Made by a program: the position numbers and the translations under genes. The notes beneath the pieces were generated by a model. It ran no database searches. It saw nothing but the letters and a program-made list of their open reading frames with translations, and was not told where the DNA came from. Positions 1-9,400 of a stretch of DNA of 64,000 nt are shown one piece after another; position 1 is the first letter of the stretch, and each line of letters starts with the position of its first letter. The stretch comes from Candidatus Nomurabacteria bacterium (GTDB taxonomy: Bacteria > Patescibacteriota > Saccharimonadia > Saccharimonadales > Saccharimonadaceae), in NCBI GenBank assembly GCA_031255735.1, contig JAIRRY010000026.1, forward strand, positions 13,524-77,523, in the 5' to 3' direction.

Positions 1-65
1 CGATTGCGAAGACAGCAAGTGCGCCAGCTACACTTTACGCACCACCCTAGAGCGCGAAGACGACT

Positions 66-806
66 TTATAAAGAAGAGTCGGCATTAATAGTTGCGCCTG
101 GGCCTGATACATTATTGGGCATGTTTTTCTTGCGCACGCCTTCAACAATTTTAGTGATAGCTTTCACCTGCTCGTCTGGGTTGGCCACAAAGCTGAAATG
201 GTAAGTGGTTTCATCACCGATTGTAGAAAGACGAATCTCGCCATAATCAAGAATGTGCTCAAAAAAGTTAGACTGCGTATAGCTAATATCTTCTATCATG
301 ACCAAGTTTATAGTTTGCACCGTTTGATCGAATAGCCCACGCACAATGTGTTGTTCTACTTTTTTATTAGTTACTAGAAAATGGTTGCTAAGATACAGGT
401 TTGAGGCAATATAACCAGAAACAAAAGCCAGCGCCAACACCGCCATGACAGCTATAACTATATAACTCGTGGCGTCGTCGGCTATCGCGAGTTTTAGCAT
501 GCCATCGCCGAATAATAGAACGATTATCGACACAATAAGCGCTACAACCAGCGCCCCAACCACAAACCAGATTAAAAACAGGCCAACCACGTGGCGAGTC
601 ACTGAAATCATGATATATTCATCATCATCGAGCTTAGAGCAAGGATACTCTTTCAGCGAGCGATCATGTTTAAGTTTCACTAAGGCGACGTCAGCTTTGA
701 CCTTTTGGCCATTCTCATTTTTTACACGCGCTTTAGGATCACCATTTCTGTGATACAGTGGCTTTCCTTCTGCATCGTATGCTACGATCTGATCATCCTC
801 GTTCAT
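66..806 (-). CDS. membrane protein with C-terminal bacterial PH-like (YdbS/YdbT, bPH_2-type) domain
   Basis: 246-aa ORF. It has two adjacent hydrophobic helices (VVGLFLIWFVVGALVVALIVSIIVLLF and SYIVIAVMAVLALAFVSGYIA) followed by a soluble domain. The architecture is typical of bPH_2 proteins. The family call is from memory of that architecture. Confidence 0.5.
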   Translation of the reverse strand: MNEDDQIVAYDAEGKPLYHRNGDPKARVKNENGQKVKADVALVKLKHDRSLKEYPCSKLDDDEYIMISVTRHVVGLFLIWFVVGALVVALIVSIIVLLFGDGMLKLAIADDATSYIVIAVMAVLALAFVSGYIASNLYLSNHFLVTNKKVEQHIVRGLFDQTVQTINLVMIEDISYTQSNFFEHILDYGEIRLSTIGDETTYHFSFVANPDEQVKAITKIVEGVRKKNMPNNVSGPGATINADSSL

Positions 807-873
807 ACGCGCTCTCCCGCTTACGTTTTCGCCATTGTATCAGACAGCGCTAATCTGGTAAACCCCAAAACAG

Positions 874-1896
874 TTAAAATAAATTATCTTGCGTAGTGTG
901 ACCCAGATGTTTGAGCGCTTTGTTAGTAATCTTACGGCCGCGCGGCGTACGCTCAATAAGGCCAAGTTGCATCAGATACGGTTCGTAAAAGTCTTCAATT
1001 GTACTGGCTTCGTCGCCCGTTATAGCCGCCATCGTGTTTAGCCCAACGGCTTTAGTGCCGTAAGTGTTTATCATGCTAGCTAGCAAGTTGCGATCGCCCG
1101 CGTCAAGCCCGAGATTGTCGATCTCGAGCAGCTGCAAGGCCTCGGTTGTAATTCGCTCATCAATGGTGCCATCACCGTTTACATCAGCATAATCGCGGAC
1201 GCGCTTCAATAAACGGTTAGCAATGCGCGGCGTAAGGCGCGAACGAGTTGAGAGCAGCTTAGCCGCCATAGGCTGAATTTCACTTTCTAATATTTTTGCG
1301 GCGCGATTAATAATCTTCACGATTTCGCCCTCGTTATAAAATTCCAAGCGATGAATGTGACCAAAACGATCACGTAGCGGTGCAGCTAACGCACCCGTGC
1401 GAGTAGTAGCGCCAATTACTGTGAACTTTGGCAGATCGAGCCGCACACTACGCGCCGCTGGCCCTTTGCCAATGACAATATCAAGCTTGTAATCCTCCAT
1501 CGCTGAATACAAAACTTCCTCTACAGCACGATGCAAGCGGTGGATCTCGTCGATAAATAATATGTCGCCATCAACTAGGTTTGTTAGAATACTCGCTAAG
1601 TCGCCAGCGCGCTCAATGGCAGGGCCACTTGTAACCTTAAAACCCGTGCCCATTTCGTGCGCAATCACGCCAGCCATAGTGGTTTTACCCAAGCCTGGAG
1701 GGCCGTAAAGTAACACATGGTCAATCGGCTCACTGCGTTTTTTAGCGGCAGCAATCGCCAGCTTTAGATTGTTTTTTAGTCGCTCTTGACCAATATACTC
1801 TTTAAAACTTTGCGGCCTTAACGTAACCTCAATTTTTTGTTCTTCGTCGGAATCATGCGCGTCGATATCCACTATGCGTTCAATAGCCATACACAT
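874..1896 (-). CDS. ruvB: Holliday junction branch migration helicase RuvB
   Basis: 340-aa ORF with Walker [10 protein letters not shown], Walker [12 protein letters not shown], and C-terminal [14 protein letters not shown]. It lies directly downstream of ruvA on the same strand. Confidence 0.95.
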   Translation of the reverse strand: MCMAIERIVDIDAHDSDEEQKIEVTLRPQSFKEYIGQERLKNNLKLAIAAAKKRSEPIDHVLLYGPPGLGKTTMAGVIAHEMGTGFKVTSGPAIERAGDLASILTNLVDGDILFIDEIHRLHRAVEEVLYSAMEDYKLDIVIGKGPAARSVRLDLPKFTVIGATTRTGALAAPLRDRFGHIHRLEFYNEGEIVKIINRAAKILESEIQPMAAKLLSTRSRLTPRIANRLLKRVRDYADVNGDGTIDERITTEALQLLEIDNLGLDAGDRNLLASMINTYGTKAVGLNTMAAITGDEASTIEDFYEPYLMQLGLIERTPRGRKITNKALKHLGHTTQDNLF

Positions 1897-1987
1897 ATTA
1901 TATCATCATTAACTCTCTGCTCGGGATCGGCTTCAAGTTTCATAGTATAGCGACAGTATTCGCATCGGTCTTTAGAACATGGACCTG

Positions 1988-2548
1988 CTACTTTTTAAGT
2001 GCTAAGGTAACCCTCTGGTTAGTTGGCAGATCGCGTGGCACAGAGGCTAGAGCTTGGCTGGCGTCGTTCAGGCTATAGCCCAACGCCATAAGCGCCTCAA
2101 GTGACTCGTCGCCCTTTGCAGGTACTGTACCTGCAAAGCCAGTGTCGGGTAGACCAACCTTGTCTTTGAGATCAACAATGATGCGTTCAGCCGATTTTTT
2201 CCCAACTCCAGCCGCTTGTGAGATATAAGCCACATCGCCACTAGCAATGGCGCTGCGCACAGCCTCACTTTCACCTATGCTTAGCACCGCCATAGCAGCT
2301 TTCGGGCCAACACCCTGAACCGTGATCAATAGTTCAAAAAGACGTTTCGCCGCTAAGTTAGCAAAGCCGAACAACTCCTCGCTTTGTTCACGTATATGGT
2401 GATAGGTTTTCAGCTCAACTTCTTCGCCCACACCAATTTTCTCGTAATCATGCGCTGCTACGATAACCTCGTAACCCACACCGTGCACATCAACAACCAC
2501 GCTTGAAGCGTATTTTTCGACAACCTTACCAAAGATATGAGCAATCAT
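1988..2548 (-). CDS. ruvA: Holliday junction DNA-binding protein RuvA
   Basis: 186 aa. The N-terminus MIAHIFGKV is followed by helix-hairpin-helix motifs (ITVQGVGPKAAMAVL, ISQAAGVGKKSAERII). It is adjacent to ruvB. Confidence 0.9.
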   Translation of the reverse strand: MIAHIFGKVVEKYASSVVVDVHGVGYEVIVAAHDYEKIGVGEEVELKTYHHIREQSEELFGFANLAAKRLFELLITVQGVGPKAAMAVLSIGESEAVRSAIASGDVAYISQAAGVGKKSAERIIVDLKDKVGLPDTGFAGTVPAKGDESLEALMALGYSLNDASQALASVPRDLPTNQRVTLALKK

Positions 2549-2552
2549 TCTA

Positions 2553-4040
2553 TTAATAGTGTATCATGACGCGCGTGCCGATAGGTGCAAAGTTGTAAAT
2601 AAATTCGGCAGCTTCGTAGGTCATGTTGATACAGCCGTGGCTCATGGGCGTGCCGAAATTGTTGTGCCAGTAGGTGGCGTGAAAAGCGCGGCCGTCGGCA
2701 TCGAAATAACTAATCCACTCAACGTTTGGCACATTGTAAGGAACGCCCCCGATCACCCCTTTCATAGTTTGCACGCGGCGCTTGTGCCAAACCTTAAACT
2801 CGCCTGGCAAAGTGGGCGTAGCGGCAGTGCCAGATGAAATACGCCAGCTGGCGATGGCAGTACTACCAGTCCAGGCCGTGGCAGTTTGAGCGCTAAGGTT
2901 CACCTCTACCCAATGCTCGCCCTCGCCAGCCTTAATAGTCACACGGCTATAGCCAGTTTCCTCAACGTCGAGCTCTTTGCTCATATTCGTGCCACTTCTA
3001 ACCGCCTCAGCCAGCGCACCAGCAACCGCCGCATCATCACGAATTTTATAACCATTCTGCCCAGATGTTAACACGGCTCGTACGTTACCGCCGCTATCAA
3101 CCAAAACTTTCTCGTCGATTGGCGCACTAGCAATATAAGGCGCAACCGTGCCATTTAGAAACCGCTTAATTTCGTCGTGGTTAAAAGTTAGCTCGATTGC
3201 GCCGTCTTTGGGTGTAGCCACCACCCACCTAGCTATATCGGGCGGGTCGGCGTAATAAACTAGCCTGCCCCTGTAGGTTAAATCTAACCTTAGCCCGAGG
3301 CGAGCGTTCATAAATTCGGCAGCCTCTTCGGCAGCCTTATTAGTGATAGTCGGCAACGATTCAGCAGGAGTTAGCTTAACTTTCACCGCCCGCGGATTTT
3401 TTAGCATGCTGGTAATTGTGGCTTCCATATCGACTGGCGTAAGTTTAGTGCCAGGCTTGGCATCGGTCACATTAAAGTGGTTAGCGCCCACATCGTACTG
3501 AATACCCGCTTCTTGCACCCAAACCAGTTGGTCAACAAACGTGGTATTTAAGTATTCCTGTAGCTTCTTGTCGCTGCGAGCCACCACCAGCTCGGCTGGG
3601 TCGCGCGCTAGGTAGTTTAAAGCCGCAATTGGGTGTGTGTCTTTGTAATCCAGTATATTATTTACGGTTTTTTTAACGTCAACCGTAACACCTAGGTCTT
3701 TAGCCGTAGCCGTGGCGGTTTTATCGCCCACAGTAATTTTAGCCTTCATGGCTTTTACCATGATTTCAACGGTTTTAGTAAGTTCAGCGCGATCTTTACC
3801 CGAAACATTAGTGCCCGCCAGGCTGAAACCAGGTAAAACCTTACCGCGAAAAGCCAGATGCGTGAATACAAACAGTCCTGTTGTAATAATTACAACAGAT
3901 GCCACAACCCACAAGGCTAGTTTATGATGTTTACTAAGCCTCCCACGAGGCTTGATATCAATATCATCAAAACTATGCAAAGTATAAACGGGTGCGTAAA
4001 CGCCCGGGTTATAAACATGCTGATGAGCAGTCTTGGCCAC
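2553..4040 (-). CDS. L,D-transpeptidase (YkuD domain) with N-terminal membrane anchor
   Basis: 495 aa with one N-terminal TM helix. The C-terminal YkuD signature is FHATYWHNNFGTPMSHGCINM (catalytic His/Cys). Confidence 0.85.
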   Translation of the reverse strand: MAKTAHQHVYNPGVYAPVYTLHSFDDIDIKPRGRLSKHHKLALWVVASVVIITTGLFVFTHLAFRGKVLPGFSLAGTNVSGKDRAELTKTVEIMVKAMKAKITVGDKTATATAKDLGVTVDVKKTVNNILDYKDTHPIAALNYLARDPAELVVARSDKKLQEYLNTTFVDQLVWVQEAGIQYDVGANHFNVTDAKPGTKLTPVDMEATITSMLKNPRAVKVKLTPAESLPTITNKAAEEAAEFMNARLGLRLDLTYRGRLVYYADPPDIARWVVATPKDGAIELTFNHDEIKRFLNGTVAPYIASAPIDEKVLVDSGGNVRAVLTSGQNGYKIRDDAAVAGALAEAVRSGTNMSKELDVEETGYSRVTIKAGEGEHWVEVNLSAQTATAWTGSTAIASWRISSGTAATPTLPGEFKVWHKRRVQTMKGVIGGVPYNVPNVEWISYFDADGRAFHATYWHNNFGTPMSHGCINMTYEAAEFIYNFAPIGTRVMIHY

Positions 4041-4214
4041 ACTGAAGAACCATTCTTCTCGCGATTAGTATTTATTTTGCACTCTACTCTGATTAGTATA
4101 TCACCATACACTATAACTGGACAATAGAAAATAGCCTAAGAACTTATCCGGGTTTTTTGCGAATCTGAACCACGATGGAGAATATAAGTTAGTGATTTAT
4201 GCTATAATTTGAAC

Positions 4215-4301
4215 ATGAAGGTATATTTTGTTAGACACGGGCAAACTGATCAAAACCTTGATATGGCCGCTGGTAAGGACATGGAAGAATACGAGATATA
4301 A
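4215..4301 (+). pseudogene. N-terminal stub of a histidine phosphatase (phosphoglycerate-mutase family) gene
   Basis: ATG preceded by TGCTATAAT. The translation is MKVYFVRHGQTDQNLDMAAGKDMEEYEI followed by a stop. The RHG motif opening is typical of the family, but the ORF ends after 28 codons, exactly where composition turns AT-rich. Confidence 0.45.
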
Positions 4302-4711
4302 TCTACGATTTCACTGTGTATTTTACCCATGTAAATCGCAGCAATTAAGCCGCATTTTAAGTAAAAAATAACAAAATCATAAAAATAAACCGAATCTTGC
4401 ACTGGGTTTTAATAGAACTCTAACAATCTAAAAGACTTGAAAAACGTAACATAAACCAGGGTCGGCCTGCTTTCTTAAGTTTCAACAATTTGCAAATAGC
4501 CAAAAACCGCCATTTCTATGGAAGGCTTGCTGGCAGTAAGAGTAACTTCGGGTTATGCAACGTTGGTTTTATCTTGGCCATGCATTAGCTCAACGGTATA
4601 CTTGTAGCATTCCGGATTTTTCATATATGAAAAACTGCCCGACATAGTAAAAGCCCCCGACACACTGCATTTCTACAGGGTATCAGGGACTCGTTTTACC
4701 TACTCTTGAGC

Positions 4712-5632
4712 TTAAGATTTTTTAGCTTTCACCTCCTTTTTTACCATTTTGCTGAGGATCTCCCTTTCAGCCATGGCGATACTCCTCTTCAAGTGGAAAA
4801 CCATTTTCGCAATCTGCTCCTTCGTTGCTGGAGCAGCTTCTCCTTCGTTATCTAATAATTCAATGCCTGTTTCCGGGCTGATTGCTATATCAATATCAGA
4901 ACCACCATCAACGGTGTAACATAGAGAGACAGTCCAGTCACTGGGATTACTTTTTCCGCACCAATAGTCCACATCGGTAAACCCGCCCTCATCACCTCGT
5001 TCGGCGTCATTCCATCCGCTCGAGTGATAGGTGAGACACTCCGCACAATTACAAAAATTGGTATTAAAAATATCGGTTGCCAGAGAAACCTCGTAAGAAT
5101 TGTCAGACAGATCATACTCAATGCCTAGCCTTACTTTATCTACGTACGTGGCAGGCTCAGCTAGGGATATCCTATCGTTGCCGAAAGGATTTACTACATC
5201 CTTATACTGCGCTAGCACCTCCTGCAATTTTTTAAGATCTAGATCTACAGGAACTGCACATAAAGGCGCATTCGAGTCACGCAACGCGTGCTTGAGAAGC
5301 TTTTTGTAAATCGTATTAGTTAGACGATCAATGAATTTCTGATCATACTCGCGCTTTAGTAATGACACGAGTATGATCAACCCTTTTACGGAATGGATTT
5401 CTCCACTCCAAAAGTTATCACCGCCCTGGCCGCGTTCGCCTACTATCGCCATGGCAGCATTGTATATCCAATATGGAACCCCTTCCTGGACTACGTAATA
5501 CGTGCCAGAGTGGGTGAAAGTTACCCCTTCCACCTTAAAACAGGGCAGGGTCTTATGCCCCGGCCGATCTTTAATGCGATGAGTAAAAAGTGACCTCATC
5601 GTTATTTCGAACTCCTTAATCGAAATAGCCAT
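4712..5632 (-). CDS. hypothetical protein (island-encoded, Cys/Trp-rich C-terminal half)
   Basis: 306-aa ORF with a strong RBS (AGGAGGGAAGGAAAG before the ATG). I recognise no motif. It lies in the AT-richer island. Confidence 0.6.
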   Translation of the reverse strand: MAISIKEFEITMRSLFTHRIKDRPGHKTLPCFKVEGVTFTHSGTYYVVQEGVPYWIYNAAMAIVGERGQGGDNFWSGEIHSVKGLIILVSLLKREYDQKFIDRLTNTIYKKLLKHALRDSNAPLCAVPVDLDLKKLQEVLAQYKDVVNPFGNDRISLAEPATYVDKVRLGIEYDLSDNSYEVSLATDIFNTNFCNCAECLTYHSSGWNDAERGDEGGFTDVDYWCGKSNPSDWTVSLCYTVDGGSDIDIAISPETGIELLDNEGEAAPATKEQIAKMVFHLKRSIAMAEREILSKMVKKEVKAKKS

Positions 5633-5829
5633 CTTTCCTTCCCTCCTAAAAAATAAATAATTCTATCCCAGGCGGTTATTCGCCATAGGAATAATCAATA
5701 AAATTAATTAATACATTAATTTAATTCATTGACTATATGCTATGGCGGATTAATATATAAGAAAGTCTGTTTTTAGAGTAGGTTATTAAAGTGCAAGACA
5801 ATTAAGGCTTACTGAGTTTTTTGTGAAAA

Positions 5830-5940
5830 CAAAAAACTCCATCTAGATGGAGCAAACAATTTACACTGTTCACGCCCACCGTGATATCAAACTAATCATC
5901 TATACAGAATCTTAGTCATTGTCATATAACTTAGATTCTA
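5830..5940 (-). ncRNA. candidate small RNA / leader transcript, copy 1 of a duplicated module
   Basis: Minus-strand TTGACA (5969-5974), a 17-nt spacer, then TACTAT (5946-5951). About 100 nt follow. A perfect 16-nt palindrome CTCCATCTAGATGGAG (5837-5852) plus U6 then forms an intrinsic terminator. The core is nearly identical to 39500-39560. Confidence 0.3.
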
Positions 5941-5974
5941 TTATCATAGTAGCACACATTTTGGTAATTGTCAA

Positions 5975-6120
5975 GAGGGTGGTAATATTAGTGTTTTATA
6001 ATGAAAAATAGCAGTATTTCTAGGATATATAATTACATTAGAAAGGTTTTGGTGGGTTCTAAGTGGAGTGAAAAATGGATAAAAAAGGGTAGTATATTTT
6101 TAACGGTCTGAGCTGGTTAC
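5975..6120. repeat. left copy of an imperfect direct repeat of about 145 bp bracketing the island cassette
   Basis: It aligns by eye with 14299-14446, for example TAGTGTTTTAT, AGGATATATAATTACAT, GGTTT-GGTG and CTAAGT-GAGT-AAAAA. The right end is a decayed version of the tRNA-Pro 3'-end-like segment. Confidence 0.7.
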
Positions 6121-6349
6121 TTTAGATGTTCCATAGCAATAAGGTGTCGGAAGAGGCATGGTAAACCTAGGATAAAGAGTGAGCAAGGTGAGCAACTTTC
6201 TTAATTGTATGTTTGATGATTTTGCTAATGTTTGTGCTATAATTAGAAAGTCCAAATCTGTAAAGCCGTCGTTTTCGACACTTTACTTATTCAAACAAGA
6301 AAAGGGCACTGTACTCGAAGCTTGGTTTCAATAAGAACTTTGCAGGTTT

Positions 6350-6375
6350 GGACACCTAGAGCGGGTGTCCTTTTT
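6350..6375 (+). promoter_or_regulatory. terminator-like hairpin in the leader of the 1656-aa gene
   Basis: Stem GGACACC (6350-6356), a 7-nt loop, stem GGTGTCC (6364-6370), then TTTTT. It lies about 27 nt upstream of the ATG at 6402 and downstream of a TGCTATAAT box (6235-6243). Confidence 0.35.
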
Positions 6376-6401
6376 CTGAGGCGGCCGTTAGAAAGCAAAG
6401 T

Positions 6402-9400
6402 ATGATAGATAAAGAACCAAATATTAGCTCGTCTGAGGCGGTCGGCGAAGAGCTGCAAGATAAAGTGGATGCAACGATTATCGCGGCTACTTCGCTTAAA
6501 AAGACATTACTACCAAAGCGCAAAATCGAGGAATTCACTACGCCAGAATATGTACCAGAATACATTCCGTCGCCGAATGATAGGCACGATCAGCTCCCCA
6601 AACGAATACGAGCGACAGTCGACAAATACTTAGCTCATGTGGGCGAGAATCCACAGGAGGAAGATCATTCGGAAAACTATGAGCAAAATGTTCGTACTGC
6701 TGCAGCGCTACTTGAATTTTTCTCTGGAAAGCCCGGTAAAATTCGTCGAACTGGTAGCACATACAGAAATGAGCAATATGACAATAAAATTATTGATACG
6801 ATGATGCGAGCCATCGAGCAACAAAAACCAATAACAATTTTTGGTTTGTCTTTTTCGCCAAAATATCGTAATCCCAACTATTCTAATGGGAATCTGTTGC
6901 CGGATATGGCAAATTATCTCGCCATGTCTAATCTGCAACAGATTGCTCATGGAGCAAATGCGATTTATCCTCAAGGCGGGGTTGACTTTGTGGTTGGTTA
7001 TGAGGGTAAGATTTATCAGCAATTGGGTAAATATTCTGATGACGATGTAAGAAAAACGCTCGAAACAATCAATTTACTCAATGACCAAGCGAAGATGAAG
7101 GTAGCTAATGATGGCTCACCGAATCGCGTTCGCGTCGTCGATACAAGTGATTTAGTACACGAGTGTCTGCTTAATAATCAGTCAGAAGATTCAGAAGATT
7201 TTCGTCGCACCTTGGTCAGAAAACGTCGAGCGATACGTGAAGACTATGAAACAGGATACGAAACACTGATTTCGGAATTATCTGATGAGGGCGAAGATCG
7301 AGAGGTAGTGTTGCAGCGTATCGACAACTTGAAGCAAGATCGCATATTATCAAAAACAATTCGAGGCGCAGTTCAAGGGCTAGAGCAAGCAAAAGCGTCC
7401 CTATTGGAATCTGATGAGATGAAGGGCGAAACAGAAAGCAAGATTGATAGCAAAGTCAAAACTTTATCGACCTATGCTGAAATTGAAGCATGGAAAAACT
7501 TTTGGCTGACAACTACTTCCCCAGATATGTTTGCAGAGGGTGAGGATCCGGAACAGTATGCTACGAAAACTGCCATTGGCTATAAGGCGTTTAATGAAAT
7601 TAAGTATGAAGGCGGGAAGGGTGGTCGTGGTATTTTAGGTTTCTCTTCTAAGATTTTACCAATAACGGTAAACGGAACAAACCGAAAAATGAATTTCCAA
7701 TTAGTCCCAGAGTGGAATTATTATCCTCATCATCGTATGACAGCTAGAATAATGGATGCAAAATCGCAACGATACGCCTGGAAACCAATCAGCCAACAAG
7801 AAATGAATGATTTAAATACAGTATTTGTCCCTAGATTTATAGAGGGGTATAATTACCCATTCTATTATGAGCAACTTGTACCAGACACAGATATGTCGTC
7901 GCGAACTTCAATGGGCGCATCCGCAGAGCTACTTAAGTCTGAGGATGGCGGACGTTATATTGCTAAAACAGCCCTGTACGCAAATGGTGCCGAGCACTTA
8001 CTAAAACAAATATCAAAGATGCAAGCGATGAGGGAGGCTGGGATAGACATTATTCCAGAAATAATGGAAAGCAATATCAAAGAACACGGAATTAGGTATC
8101 TAATGCCGTATTTAGGCGATAAGGCACTAGATGGAGCAATGTTGTCAGAAAATCCATTATCTAACACCGAGGGACAGTTCCCTCAACTTCTGAATGGTCT
8201 TTATGGAAAACTATGGTCAATTGGGGAGAGAAAAACCGGCCCCACTAATTTTAGTGAATGCCACATGCGTTCGGTAGAAAAAGGTCTTCAGGCAGTAGAA
8301 CAATCTGATGACTTATGGCTGAATGACAATGAGCTTATTTTAGTGAATGGGAGACAGCAATTTAACCTGAAGATTGCTCTGGACTTATTAAAAAAATCTA
8401 ACCTGAACTTGGATAAGGTCTTTTCTGCTTCTATTATCCCTGAGTTTACTCATGGAGACCTGCATCTTGGAAACATTTTTATGGATGGCGACAATTTGCA
8501 GCTGATAGATATCAACGGTAATACTGAAAGAGATAACGTATCCATAGAGTTTGAGCTTTCGCGTTTGGTCTTAAGCTATTATCGGCAGATAATTCGTGAC
8601 GGAGAATACTCAATCGTCACTGACGAAAACGGCAATGATAATATTATTTACACCGAGAGAGGTAAAGAACTATTAGACGCACGAGAAAAGGCTCTTGAAT
8701 CTATTATGCAAAACCCCAATCTAAAAGAAGTGTTGACTGAAGAATCACTGATGAAAATTAAACTCCTTGAAGCATTAGATATCGCAAGCGTGTTCAATAA
8801 GCGTCCAGATGAACAGAAAGAAGGAACATATTTGATTGGTACGTCACTATTAAATGAGGTAATTCGTGATGGTGGGTTTGCGGATGACGCAATCTTGAAC
8901 TTAATGAGGCAAAAAATTAACGTTGACAATTATCGGGATGCTGAAGTTTACTCAAATATGGAAACTATCTTTCAGCAGTACTTGGGCGACAGATGGTCTG
9001 GCTATTCGATATCGCACATGTTTGATCAGTTTGTGCTGAGTGGGATCGCCAAAGATGGCAAGGTTGAAAGTTTTCTAACAGACAATAATATTCTGCCAGA
9101 TGAAATTAATAGAAACTATACTGGAGAAGAAAGTGCTTCGGGCGAGCGAATTATTAAGCAAGGCAATCAAGGATTATTACTGGCTTGGCAACAAATAAAC
9201 TTCCCTGAAAATGATCCAGGCAAGCTATTCCCATCCTTTGCTATTGAAGAACGTGCCATTTGGGATGCTATAAACAGTCATGAACCGTTACTTGTCGGTG
9301 ATCAACAATATTCCGTGGAAGGTATGTTGGGTTTAGGCAAAGAATCAAAAGTCTTCGCCGCCAAAACACCTGACGGAAAGTCGGTGGCAATAAAAATTGG

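Noticed and set aside
5633-6401. Hidden protein-coding gene or intact IS in the 770-bp non-coding gap
   Set aside because: No ORF with an RBS of meaningful length exists in any frame, and there are no terminal inverted repeats. The gap is better explained by the two repeat families and the promoter/leader of the giant gene.
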